NCBI RefSeq assembly: GCF_032191835.1
Contig: NC_083236.1
Location: 18,848,001-18,912,000 of the forward strand
Reading direction: 5' to 3'
Source of the DNA: Heteronotia binoei
Taxonomy: Eukaryota
DNA length: 64,000 bases
In this document: in pieces, positions 33,461 through 45,396 of the stretch
How the letters are laid out: every line of letters begins with the position of its first letter
Numbering within the stretch: position 1 is the stretch's first letter
The notes under the pieces: generated by a model
Databases searched by the model: none
What the model saw: the letters and a program-made list of their open reading frames with translations, nothing else
What the model was told of the DNA's origin: nothing
Translations under genes and position numbers: made by a program

Positions 33461-36400
33461 CTCCCAACATTCTTGTGCAAACTCTTTTTTTGGAATACAG
33501 CCTGTCCCTCTCTTATTGGGGAACAGAGGGGGGAATGTGCAAAACTACTGTTTTGAGAAAGCTTTTGAGGACCCTCCCTCGTTTGGGATACACTGCTGGG
33601 CGGGGTATCGTATCATTAGATTGTTCTTGCACTCTGTAGAATACCTCCAGTTTTCTTTCAGAAATGTCCATTACAAATATTTGTAATAACTAAAATTATC
33701 ACAAACTGAGGACACATAGGCCACCTGCAGCTACTATGGGATACCAAATCCAGGGCAAAGACCTCAAAACAGATGTAGAGATCCCAGAAGTACGACAAAC
33801 CCCAGAGTACAGCTAATAGGGCTGTAGAAGAATTAAATCATATATACACTGTTCACACATTCTACACCTAGGGAATAAAGACATGGATTTGCAGACACTG
33901 CCACTCACCCTCCTTCTCTCACAAACACACATACAAAACTTCTCTCACAGCCTCCTTATAACCAGTATGGTTTGATGGTTAAAAGCAGCTGGCTTTTATT
34001 TGGAGAACCAAGTTTCATTCCGCATTCCTCCACATATGAAGCCTTGGGCCAGTCACTTTTCTCTCAGAATTCTCTCAGCCCCACCCACCTCATAAAGGTG
34101 CTTGTCATGAAAAGAGGAAAGCAAGGCGACTGTAAGCTGCTTTGAGACTCCTTTTGGGGGGGGGGGTAGAAAGGTGGGGTATAAAAACCTACTTTTCTTC
34201 TGGTGTCAATGCACTATGCCAAATATACAGGCAGCAACATTTTTCTCTCATTCAAAAGCACCCTTCCTTCTTCTCAAAGGCACTGCCGCTTACACATACA
34301 AGCACATCACATGGAACTGGTGCCTGTTCCACTCACACATACAGAGGCTAGTTTCGCCAAAGGTATGAGGCAAAAGAACCAGGCGAGTCTTGAAGAATGG
34401 CTTTGAACTGTGCCCCTCCCCCAAACTGTGAAGGTAAGTTTTAGATGGGGAGGGGGGCATGGGAGATGAGAATATTAAATGTCAAAGCAGGTTTCAATTT
34501 GCTGTTACGGAGGCATTCTTAATGGGATCTTGCTGAATTCTAGGCCAATTACGCACATTCTCATCCAGTACTACGAACACATTCTCAAATCAAAATGTCA
34601 GACCAGCGGAATAAATTGTTTTGCTTTCATAATAAATAAAAACATTCAGACAGCATAATAATAGGTTGCTGAAAAGTTGACTCAACACTTGCTCTTGCAG
34701 CTGTATAACTTGGCCTATAACATAAAATGTATTTAGAGCTGCATGACTGAAGTTACCATCTTGTATACACATCAGAGGAATCCGATTTAGAAAAATGGTG
34801 TTGCAGGCGTTAAAAGGTTTTGTCTTATTTCTGACCACCTTCCGGTTGTATCTTCGAAGTTCTCATTTTAGTACCTTGCTAGGGTGAGCCTTTCATTGAT
34901 TTGGCGGAAGTCTGCTATGTAGTAAACTTGAGGGGTCAAAGAAGAAAAAAGAAAGCCAAAGACAAGTTGCACAGAGCTAGTTGTATGGAGAGATTGAAAC
35001 CAGAAAAGGGGGGAGACAAGGAGAGCTGGTAGCAGGAAGGATGGCCAGGTAAAATCACTTCTTAACAGTGTAGAATTTGGCATGGAGAATTACTGGAATG
35101 TAGAAGCTACCCACATTTTAGAGAAATTAGATGGAAAAAAAATCCGATTGCTTTATAACTACAATAAACAAAGCAAAAACGGTCTCTGGTTTTCATTGAA
35201 TTACTACTGGATGTAGGTCTCCCCTGCTCCTATCCACATTTAGCGGTATTCAAATGCAAAATTAATGTTTATTCCAGCTATGTATGCTGGGCAGATCAAA
35301 AACCCACTGAATGTTACCATCCAGGATTAAGACATACATTTCTGCAAACCCAAAGAGGTACGAGAAGGTAGGAGCAGGAATGGGGAGGTGAAAGGAAGGG
35401 GAGAAGGAAAAGGACTGGGGGCTAGTAGGGCAGAAAGGAGGGAAAACAGAGAGTAATGCAGGGGGTGAAGACTGAGGAGAGAGAGAGAGACAGAGAAATC
35501 AGAGGGTCAGAAAGGGGTGGAAGCTGGAGGACAGCCCAAGGAGGAGAGCCATAAGATTTCTCCTCCTTTACAACTTCTTACAGCTAGACCAATGTATGGA
35601 GAAATCTGCCTCCACTGTTCACCTGCTGTAAGTCAGGCGTTTTTGGAACCCTCACTAAAGACGCCCTTTATACCCAAGATCACTCTGAGAAGTCAAATCA
35701 CCTCGATTGTATTAAACAAAACATTGTACATCGTTAGGAAGCTGTTCAACAGCTTTCTCAATCGCTTGTTGGACAAGTAACTAACGATTTTCCGTCTTGG
35801 AGTGAGTTTAGATGGCATGCTGTAGAAACAAGATGCTCTGGAGTTTAGTCGTAAGTGGCCCGGCAGAAATTCAAGAGATGTTATGATCTCACTTAGCGTG
35901 TTGCAACTACATGACGTTTGGAGTGGTTCAGTGCTTGTCCCTGTTGCAGAAAAGAACCAACAACCCAGAATCAAAACCTTTCAATTTCAGATAATGGAGA
36001 CTTTCAAACCCCTAATCCTACATGCAGGTTTGCAATCCTAAAATGCTTCTTGAGTAGTTTATTTTGATGGTTTTACCTGCTTTGCTAATCACCCTGCTCT
36101 GTTCCTTGAAAATCTTTCCAAGAAGCTGGTTTTGTCAGAAACAAACATTTTGAATTTATGTTTTGAATTTACATTGACAGAGAACTAATCCCAGCTTCAG
36201 TAGAGTTCCCAAGCCCCCAAAGCCAAAGAGTCCTCTTGTTCAAGTTCCCAGTCACTGAATGAGGTTGCCCAGAAGAGCTTTTGGGGAGACTCCCCTAATC
36301 TGCAACACTGCAGGATGGCTGCCCTGCCACTTTCTCCGCCGCGCTGTGATGTTGTTTAAAGGCCTGCTGCAGGACTGGGGCGCCGTGAGCAAACTTTCTT

Positions 36401-36701
36401 CGTTTAGCATGGCAAACGGACTCATTCACTCTGCGCATCAACACCACCCAACCTCCCTCTCTAAGGCTACACAGAGCGCTCTTTTTCTGCCTGTGCATGT
36501 CTTGAACAGAAAAGATGGGTGCCTTTTCAGTCAAATCAAACAGCACACAGCTGTCTGAGAATGTCTTCAGCTGATGCTCTCTTTAAACAGGTTAGAGCTT
36601 AAAAAACAAAACTCCTTCCTCCTGAGCAAAAAATCTATTATTAAAAAAAGCTGGTTCATTAACATCAGGTGCAGGAAGGTGACACAATCCACACTTTGTT
36701 G

Positions 36702-36779
36702 CTAAAACTCCAGCCACTCTGTCATATAAATACAGTTCGATGGAGATATCTCACCACCTTCATGGCAGTCGTCAAAAAC
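36702..36779 (-). CDS. POLR3F: POLR3F exon 9, terminal (VFDDCHEGGEISPSNCIYMTEWLEF*)
   Basis: Identical to the human RPC6 C-terminus as recalled; 78 bp. Confidence 0.97.
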   Translation of the reverse strand, partial: VFDDCHEGGEISPSNCIYMTEWLEF

Positions 36780-36835
36780 CTAAGGACAGACAGAATCAAG
36801 GATTAGTACAGCTTACTGGTAGATGATCAATACTC

Positions 36836-37205
36836 AGGGCTTTTTTCTGAGCAGGAATGCACAGAAGCACAGTTCCGGCTGGCTTTGCATCATGGGGTGT
36901 TGCCTAATATGCAAATGAGTTCCTGCTGGGCTTTTCCTATGAGTTCAGGCTGGCTTTGTGTTGGGAGGTGTGGCCTAATATGCAAATGAGTTCCAGCTGG
37001 GCTTCTTCTGTGAGTTCTGGCTGGTTTTGTGTCAGGGGTGTGGCCTAATATGCAAATGAGTTCCTGCTGGGCTGTTTTCTGTGAGTTCTGGCTGGCTTTT
37101 CATCAGGGGGTGTGGCCTAATATGCAAATGAGTTCCCGCTGGGCTTTTTCTGTGAGTTCTGGCTGGCTTGGCATCGGGGGGATGTGGCCTAATATGCAAA
37201 TCAGT
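36836..37205 (+). repeat. MITE-derived tandem array, ~71-bp unit, with five ATGCAAAT octamers
   Basis: Octamers at 36909, 36980, 37050, 37122 and 37194; the monomeric parent element is at 54274-54390. Confidence 0.9.
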
Positions 37206-37249
37206 CCTTGTCAATACTGTTTATTTCTTTAAATGTATTTATTTATCAT

Positions 37250-37462
37250 GTGCCTTGACCTGGACAGCCCGGGCTAGCCTGATCTTCCTCAGATCGCAGA
37301 AGCAAAGCAGGGTTAGCCTTGGAGAGTATTTGGATGAGAGACCAGCAAGGGATACCAGGGTTGCTATGCAGAGGCAGGCAATGGCAAACTACCTCTGAAA
37401 GTCTCTTGCCTTGAACACCCCACAATGTTTGCCACAAGCCAGCTGTGATTTGACAGCAAAAA
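37250..37462 (+). mobile_element. 5S rRNA-derived SINE (5S-Sauria-like)
   Basis: Head resembles 5S (gatc..gaagc.aagcagggt...agtatttggatg.gagacc); RTE/Sauria-type tail; second copy at 61610-61830. Confidence 0.75.
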
Positions 37463-38315
37463 AACCAACCAACCAGAACTGGTACATACTGTGAGCTCAT
37501 CGCTATCAAGGAAGATTCCAACACAAGAGGTTTTTGGACTAAAGCTCAGAAGACAGGCAGGCCGACGCAGGGAGGGAATTCCCCAGCACAGAAAGCCCAA
37601 CCCCCAGTCCTCCCTAACCTTATTTAAGAATGAAGAGGAGCCTCTGTCACTGGTTCTAACTGATGAGCAGGCACACACGTGTGTTAAAAACAGCACATTT
37701 CTCCTAACGGGGCTGGGCTGAGTGGGTTTGCAACAACAGTGCCAATCATTGGGGGGGAGGGGAGGATCAAATGGCTGGATCCATTCCCCTCCCACCACCA
37801 GACAAGCGGTTTGTGATATACAGCCCCGTGCATGCTGCTTTGGTGCCTACATGGGGCCTTTCAACAGTTCACATGCAAAACCAAGCAGGATGCACACTTC
37901 TTTATGCCGCTGGAGATGTAGGTGAAAAATTTGCTGCCCTGAGCCTCTACAAGGACACGGGCTCTCAGCAAACTGGATTAAACTAACCTTTAACAAAGCC
38001 ATATGATGCATTTTAAATTGCTACCATGTGCTCTGGGAGCCAATCTTGGATGAAAAGCAAAGTAAAAATGTATTATCACCATCATCATCCTAGTCGTTGT
38101 CATCCTCCTTGTCAACAAGAGTGGGACTCATCCAAGAGGTCACAATTCCAACACAGCTTTGGTTGAGTGACAATTTGTTTTCGCTTAAACATTTTATCAG
38201 CTACAGGGAAGTATACTAGGGAAGTACTGTGACCAGCCTAACCAAAAATGAGCTTACATTACTCACATCAGTGAAAGATCCGGCTTTATTGTGTAATGCT
38301 TAAGTGGCCACTTAC

Positions 38316-38507
38316 TGGACAGAGCCCACAAGGGGTCCGAACCAAACCCGTGGGCTGGATGATGGGGTTCACTGCTCTGTACAGCTTCATGTGCCCATCC
38401 ACGCTGCCGACTGTTCCTTCTTTGGCAGCAATTATGGTCATTTCCACCTTTCCGTCATATATTAATGTGTTGAGAATGGTTTCTATGTCCTCCATTGACA
38501 ATTCCAC
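38316..38507 (-). CDS. POLR3F: POLR3F exon 8 (VELSMEDIETILNTLIYDGKVEM...PCGLCP)
   Basis: 192 bp; near-identical to human; canonical splice sites. Confidence 0.97.
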
Positions 38508-40094
38508 CTATTTTTGTTGGAGGAAACAAAAAGCAAAGTAGCCCCTATTAAACAAAAACAGCTGATTGATCTTTTAAAAGCAGAATGTCATTCTCAGAAC
38601 AAGATGCAAGAGCCATTGGAGAAAAATGGCTCTTCTTCAGAATTATGAAAGAGGTGCAGTGAATTAAGTTCTCCCTCAACAAGGTTTCTAAATCTTCCTT
38701 TAATATTAATGAGGAACTTAAAAGGCCCACATTAAGTATCTCTCCTACAAAATCCAGAACACTTTTGTAATGAAAACAGTATTCTGACTGCAGAAAAATC
38801 AAACAGAATTTAAAGAAATGATGGGAAATGAAAATTGCCATAGATAGGGGACAATCTTTAAGCATTAATTTGAAATAAGCCAGCTAAAGTTAAGCACGTG
38901 CTTAAATTTCTCCTAGTAAAACAGGGAAAGAAATATGCCGGACTTTGGCTGTATCATAACAGTTGGACAGAAAGTTTCTGGAAATTCTGAAGCCCCCCAC
39001 TGGAGGGGAAAGAGATTTTGCAAAAATTTAAAGATGCATGCAAGACATACTTTCTTACAAACGTTGAATTTACTTTACTAATTGAACAAAAAGTACATAA
39101 TTTATAACTCAGGATATACAATCGAACTATTTGGCATACTGATGGAATTTTAAAGTATAAATATTTTAATTTTCTATATGGAAGATTGCAAGTATACCCT
39201 TTAGTTGAAAAAGAGTTGCAAACTGCTGAACCCTATGCTACCGGAGCATATCTGTTTAGTTTCTGGCAACAAGGGTGAAGGAAAACATAAAAGTTGAAAG
39301 GAAAAGCCAAATTATCTAGTAAGCAAAAGGAAGTGTATTCAGAATGACATGAGCCTCTCTCACAGAGTCACAAGAGAGGACAGAGCCTCTCTCATAGAGT
39401 CACAAGAAACAGGACTGCCAGCAGGTTTGGATATTAAGCTAAACAACACATTGAAAATACTGAACTCTTTAATAACGTATTACCATTAAACATACTGCAT
39501 GTCAATCGTTGGCAAAAGCACATGTAAACAAAACTTAGTTCTTGAAACTGTTGTCTATACCTACACAATTTTTCCATTAGAAAAATTGGGGAAATCCTCA
39601 TTATAAGCTGTCCATGGCAGAAGAGTAACAACTGAGCTTCTTCCCTACTTGGGAGTGGGGCTTGAATGACCAGACAGATGGTGGTGGCATTACCACCAGG
39701 GTCAGATTCATTTCATTGGGTCAAATTCTTTCTACTTTGCAAATATCTAAATCCATTCATTCACAAGAGAGAGATCTGGCAACTCATTCAGTGGGTCTAA
39801 TTCAGTATATAAGGCAATTTCATATATTCATGTAACTGGAGGAGAATAAACCTGGGAAGAGATGATGCTTAAAAAAGGTTTTCACCCTAAAGCATGAGAA
39901 GCTGGTGTATATCTGTATGTAAGCCCTAAGACCCAAGGTGGTGTAGTGGTTAAAGTGTCAGACTAGGACCTGGGAAATCCCTGCCCTGCCATGGGAGCTT
40001 GCTAGTGTCCTTCGGCTAGTCACACATCCTCAGCCTACACTATCTCACAGGGTTGGTGAGAGGCTAAAATGGAAGAGAAGAAGAAGAGAGAAGG

Positions 40095-40370
40095 GAACAG
40101 ATTGGATTCATACCTTGCCCTTCACTACCCAAAGGAGTCTCAGAGCAGCTTACAATCTCCTTTCCCTTCCCTCCCCCACAACAGACACCCTATGAGGTAG
40201 GTGGGGCTGAGAGAGCTCTGACAGAAACTGCTCTTGAGAGGAACAGCTCTGAGAGAACTTGTGACTGACTCAAGGTCACATCAGCAGGTGCTTGTGCAGG
40301 AGTGGGGAATCAAACCCAGTTCTCCAGGATAAGAGTTCGCGCATTTAACCACTAGACCAAACTGGCTCTG
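40095..40370 (-). mobile_element. Squam3-like SINE
   Basis: Reverse-complement head ...accactagaccaaactggctct and tail. Confidence 0.8.
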
Positions 40371-41076
40371 AGAACAGCGTAAACTGATTTGAATCCCCAC
40401 AGGGGACTACGGCAGGGCATAAATGAAGAAAAATAAACAAATTATCAATTCAATAAATCCTAAACTAAATACATAAATATCCTTTAATAAACATAAAGTA
40501 AGCACAGCAAAACAATCATAACATACAAAACTCTTGCGTTGTCAATTATAAGAGAAAAGACCAAATGCTATCTCTGCAAGAGAAGAGACCAAATGCTGTC
40601 TGCATTACAAAGACAAAACTTCATTGCCCATACAAAACATTTTCCTAAAAAATTGCAGGCAATTCCTATGTCAAAAATACACATAAAACATAAAAGATAC
40701 AATACTCCCAGAATTAAAGCACCAATAATATCAATTGTGCATATCTTGCTGGACCATAGCTGATGGATGTAAAATATATTTGCAGCTTCCCCTAAAAGAT
40801 GACAAGTTTAGAAAAATAAAAGGAAGCTGCCCTCCTACAGTGCCCCCGAAGCATGTTGATTTCAACAGGCCCCTCAGAGTCAACAGGATAAGGGAAGAAG
40901 AGTATAAACTAGTTTCACAGAAGCAGCGTTTGAAACCAAAAAGGGTGAAACGTGGGAGCCAGAAAGCCAGAGGGCAGCAAGCCTCACTGATCTGGGACCA
41001 AAGAGAAGAACGACCCACCTCCAGCCTTTGGCACTGGAACACAGGAGACAGTCTAAGGAAAGCAGTTCAGCCTCAC

Positions 41077-41184
41077 CTTACTGATGCCCAATTCACTGAT
41101 ATATTTCCACACCTCATGCGAGGATGCAAACGAGCTGTTTCTCTGGATCATTGGGTTCTGCTTGCTTTCACGAGCGACTTCAGC
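41077..41184 (-). CDS. POLR3F: POLR3F exon 7 (AEVARESKQNPMIQRNSSFASSHEVWKYISELGISK)
   Basis: 108 bp; tgtag| and AAG|gtgagg. Confidence 0.97.
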
Positions 41185-41654
41185 CTACAAAGCACAGGGG
41201 ACAGAAACAAACTTTGGCAGTCTTTGTTTACTGGGAAGGGCACGTTCCTCAGCTAGTTATCTCAGAGACATTCATCCGGCAAGCGTTTTAAGCAGATGTT
41301 CCTCCACACCAAAAGAGTTTGTTCCCAATTACAGCATGACCATATTGCCTCTCTCTGTCTCCCAGGATTTGCTTTTTAAAACGAATGCTGCACAGCTTAG
41401 GCCGCAGAGGGAGTTTCAAATGCTCGTGGCGGGCCTCCTGAAGGCTCAGACTATTTTTTGCAGTTCCTTTTTTTTGTTTTGTCCTGGACTACTGACGGGT
41501 CCAAGATCAAGTTAATTCATGTCAAAGTATTCCCCATTACCAGTGTCCCCTCTAAGATCAGTTAACGTGAGCTAGCTCGCAGGTTTTTTTAGCCTCCAGC
41601 TCACACATTTTTGGCTTAGCTCAGGAAGGATGATCCCAGAGCATATACTTACCT

Positions 41655-41945
41655 GTGGGGGGGGGGGAGAAGAAGAATTGAGAGGGCTCTCACAGCAGCT
41701 GCCCTTTCAAGGACAACCTCTGCCAGAGATATGTCTGACCCAAGGCCATTTCAGCAGCTGCAAGTGGAGGAGTGGGGAATCAAACCCGGTTCTCCCGGAT
41801 AAGAGAGCTCTGGCTGACCCAAGGCCATTCCAGCAGCTGCAAGTGGAGGAGTGGGGAATCAAACCCGGTTCTCCCAGATAAGAGAGCTCTGACTGACCCA
41901 AGGCCATTCAAGCAGCTGCAAGTGGAGGAGTGGGGAATCAAGATA
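41655..41945 (-). mobile_element. Squam3-like SINE with a 79-bp internal unit in ~2.6 tandem copies
   Basis: ctgacccaaggcc starts at 41735, 41814 and 41893; adjoins a half hAT MITE at 41541-41650. Confidence 0.85.
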
Positions 41946-42247
41946 AGGGGATTTTCTCCCAAAAATTATGACCAGTCACTAATGGACCTGAGATTATAGG
42001 AAAGATTTAAATCTCCTCTCTGCCACAGAGACTTGCTGGGTGACTATGACAGGGCCAGGCTAGAGAGGGAGCCCACATACCTGAGGCCAGAAGGTGCACA
42101 GCATAAGGAAAACCTAAAGGTGTGGCTGGAAGCAAAAGGGTGGACAAAATGTTTGGAGAAGCCTGCTCAGGACAGGTAAGACCAAGCCCCAGGTGGAGAC
42201 AGTGAGGCCCAACCACCCTGGAGACAGATCAGCCAAACCATGGTGCA

Positions 42248-42460
42248 CGGGGAGGGACGGTGGCTCAGTGGTAGAGCATCTGCTTGGGAAGCAGAAGGTC
42301 CCAGGTTCAATCCCTGGCATCTCCAAAAAAGGGTCCAGGCAAATAGGTGTGAAAAACCTCAGCTGGAGACCCTGGAGAGCCGCTGCCAGTCTGAGAAGAC
42401 AATACTGACTTTGATAGACCAAGGGTCTGATTCAGTATAAGGCAGCTTCATATGTTCACA
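42248..42460 (+). mobile_element. tRNA-derived SINE with CR1-type tail (Squam2-like)
   Basis: gtggctcagtgg A box, ggttcaatccc B box, unique body, tail ttcagtataaggcagcttcatatgttca. Confidence 0.75.
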
Positions 42461-43219
42461 TTAGGGCATGGCTGAAAGGGGGAGGCAGCAACCAAGGCAG
42501 GAAGGGCGCAGTTAACCACTCCTTGCACTGTATGAATGAAAGTCTAAATAAGCAAATGACACAACTGACTGGGGTGTCCTGCATGTGCTTGGGGGAAACA
42601 GGACCAATGTCCTCTAGATCCTAGGCCAGCTGACTACAACAGCAGTGCTACAGGTTGCCTGGGAGATGTGCAGTCCTGGCACACGGACCCTGGGCCAGTT
42701 GCACACTCTCAGCCTAACCTACCCAACAGGGTGGTTGTGAAGATAAAATGGAGAAGAGGAAATAGCGATAAGCTGCTTTGAACATAACACAAGAGAACCC
42801 ATGTTTGATTAGGCCAGTGGCCCTCTAGCCCAACACTCTTTGTCACACAGTGGCCAAAAGCCAGGTGCCATCAGATCTGCTAGCATTTCCCCACTGGGGA
42901 GAATAAATGAAGCAAATAAATAAATAAATCCTGCGCTACCACTTGTGAGGCTGGCTTTTCAGAAGGAAAATAAAATTATTCCTGGCTGCAATCCAAGAAC
43001 TTGCAGAGGAGTTCTACTTGGCTTCTGGCAGAATTTTCCACACGAAGTGCTCTTACTGGTATCTTGAGCTTATTCAAAGCTAACCAGCTGAGAAGAACAA
43101 TCCCTGCGAAAAGCCCCCAAAGCCGAAGCCCTTCTGAGAAGTTCTTGGGAGCACAGCACCTACATACCATGAGCAAAAGAACTGGATACAAAATAAGGGG
43201 GGGAAAGAAGCGCGCTCAC

Positions 43220-43363
43220 CTTGGTCTGCAAGAATTTAAAACACTGTTGGTTCAGGACCTCTACAAATTCAGATTCAAAATCCTGGTCGCTGTACCAAGC
43301 TCCACCGGTCACAGAACGATCTGGCTGAAGATTGTATAACATGTACACCTTTTTCTTGGAAGC
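43220..43363 (-). CDS. POLR3F: POLR3F exon 6 (ASKKKVYMLYNLQPDRSVTGGAWYSDQDFESEFVEVLNQQCFKFLQTK)
   Basis: 144 bp; near-identical to human. Confidence 0.97.
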
Positions 43364-45283
43364 CTAGCAAATGAAGAATACAGCAATTTTGTTCAGTTGG
43401 AAAAAAACGGTGATCGCCACATAAACGTTTATGTTCTGGCCACAAAATAAATGCTCATGCAGCAACATATCGTTACCAGGCATCTGTGCAGTCATGGTCA
43501 TCCCTCAGCTTTCTACTACAGTAGGTCAATTTAACAGCAAAACCCATCGTTGTCTTTTCTTTCTTTTTTTAAAAAAAGATGACAAACAGCACAAGAGGGG
43601 CCCAGCACAACTAGAACTATGTAATTGCTGCATACGAGATATAATTCAAACAAGTAGGTTTTCTCATCTCTGAATGACAAGCTTCACCTACTAAAATGCC
43701 CTCTTCTGTGCAAGTATTAAAAAGGTCAGGAGTCACATTTCCTTTACATCTGGACAACTCACAGACACAGGAAAAGGCTGGCCACATTCGGAAAAGGCTG
43801 AAGCAAAAGGCTGGCCATAGTCTGAAAAGGCTGTCCAAAGGCAGGCATTTTCTACAACTCTCCACTATGAATTCAGGTGATGTCAGATAAAAAATATTTT
43901 TTTTTAAATCAAAACAATTAGATTTTTAACGTTTTAAAGTTAGACCAGTAAGCTCTAAAAATAGCCATATTTTAGACAAAAAAAATCTAGATTTGCTGCA
44001 AACATATAAATGCTTCAAATTGAACTTTGAACCTCATGATTTACAGGAGGCTGCTTTTCTTTGGGAGAAAACAGCTTCCTCGGTAATCACACAGCACAAC
44101 ACGCCATGCGCTTTTACAGTGACATCCAGGGATCAGCAAGTTCCCACAGATAGTCTCCAATGATCTAACTAGGTGACTTTTTACATTTGTTTTATGCTTA
44201 GTCACTATCTAATCTCTGCAACTGGCTCAGTTCCCTAATTCTGAACATCAGCCGAAGAGCATGGCCTTCCCACTCATGGGAATACTGATCTGCCTTAGCC
44301 ACTGTCACCAGCTCTTCCTTCTGGTTGAGACACTTCACTGTTTTGTGGTGGCAGGGGCAGGTCAGCTACAGACCCATACGAAAAGGAAGACCAGAAAGAA
44401 GCAGTGCAGCCTTACATGATTCCAGCCAGCGCTCATCTACAAAAGCTTTCAATAGCTGCATCATGCAAGGAAAACCCTATCTGAAGCCACAAACTAAACA
44501 TCTCAAAATAAGCAATGTTCTGCATAAAGTGCTTTGCCCAAAACAGTAAACACATGAAGCAAAATGTTTAAGAAAACTATAGTGTATTCTCTGAGAATTT
44601 ATAAAGCGTCTATTTGGTTTTAAAGCAATGTTCTTTTACAGTTATAGCAACAAATCAGCCTGCACTTTCTAAAGGAAGTGTAAATACTAGAAATGATTTA
44701 AAATCTACTTGGGAGATCATGATATAGAACACCTTGATTTGATGGCAATCCAGCATGCTATGATAAACTCTCGTCCTCCTGATTCCTCGATGCCAGCTTT
44801 AGATTCAATGTCACCACTAGCAATCATCTTTTATAGCAATATCTTCTGGAAATCTGAGACTCATCTTGCAGCAAACCGATCAGGGAGTTAGGATTAGCTG
44901 CAGTGCCCCATGAAGTGGAAATCCCAGTTGCTACTGGGCAACATATTCTTCAGTTGTTATTTCATTACCGGTTTTATTAATTTAGAAATGTTTTATTGTT
45001 GTTCACCACCCTGACCCTTGTGTGGACAGAGGAGGGCAGTCTAAAAGTTTTATTTTTATATAAAATAGAAAAAGAGGTTTCTCCTGAGCAAGTTCCCCTT
45101 TAAACCTTTGCAGGAAGCACCGCCCACCACATGGAAATTGCCCATTCAAGAGATGGCACTTCTATTTTCATCACAGAAGCTTAAAGCCTGCACTGAAATT
45201 CCAGATCAACTCTGCACTTGTTTATCTGCCTTGATAAGACCCTTCTGGATTGCTCACCTTCTTCAAAATTAAGAACCACTCAC

Positions 45284-45396
45284 CGCTACAGACTTCACAG
45301 CTTTAATGAGTTTCTTGCTTTCCAAGTTCTTCAGTATCTTGTTGATCTCAGTTAAGGGAAGATTACTTTTATATCTAATATCCCGGCTCCAAATAC
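45284..45396 (-). CDS. POLR3F: POLR3F exon 5 (IWSRDIRYKSNLPLTEINKILKNLESKKLIKAVKSVA)
   Basis: 113 bp, phase 1->0. Confidence 0.97.

Noticed and set aside
31543-36701. RNF14 or RBBP9 exons expected from human synteny
   Set aside because: No frame I examined matched their remembered sequences; a TBLASTN search is needed to be certain
36836-37205. CRISPR-like repeat array (also 56272-56700)
   Set aside because: Units are fully repeated with no unique spacers; eukaryotic TE origin; no cas genes
37260-37370. 5S rRNA gene
   Set aside because: Heavily diverged, lacks the 5S 5' end, and is fused to a retroposon tail
42250-42325. tRNA-like sequence
   Set aside because: Acceptor stem and anticodon arm are imperfect, and it continues into a SINE body and CR1-type tail
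39350-43840. Short direct duplications (39352 ~32 bp, 40550 ~27 bp, aaaaggctg x4 at 43770; also 51805 ~38 bp and 55850)
   Set aside because: Ordinary slippage duplications with no sign of function
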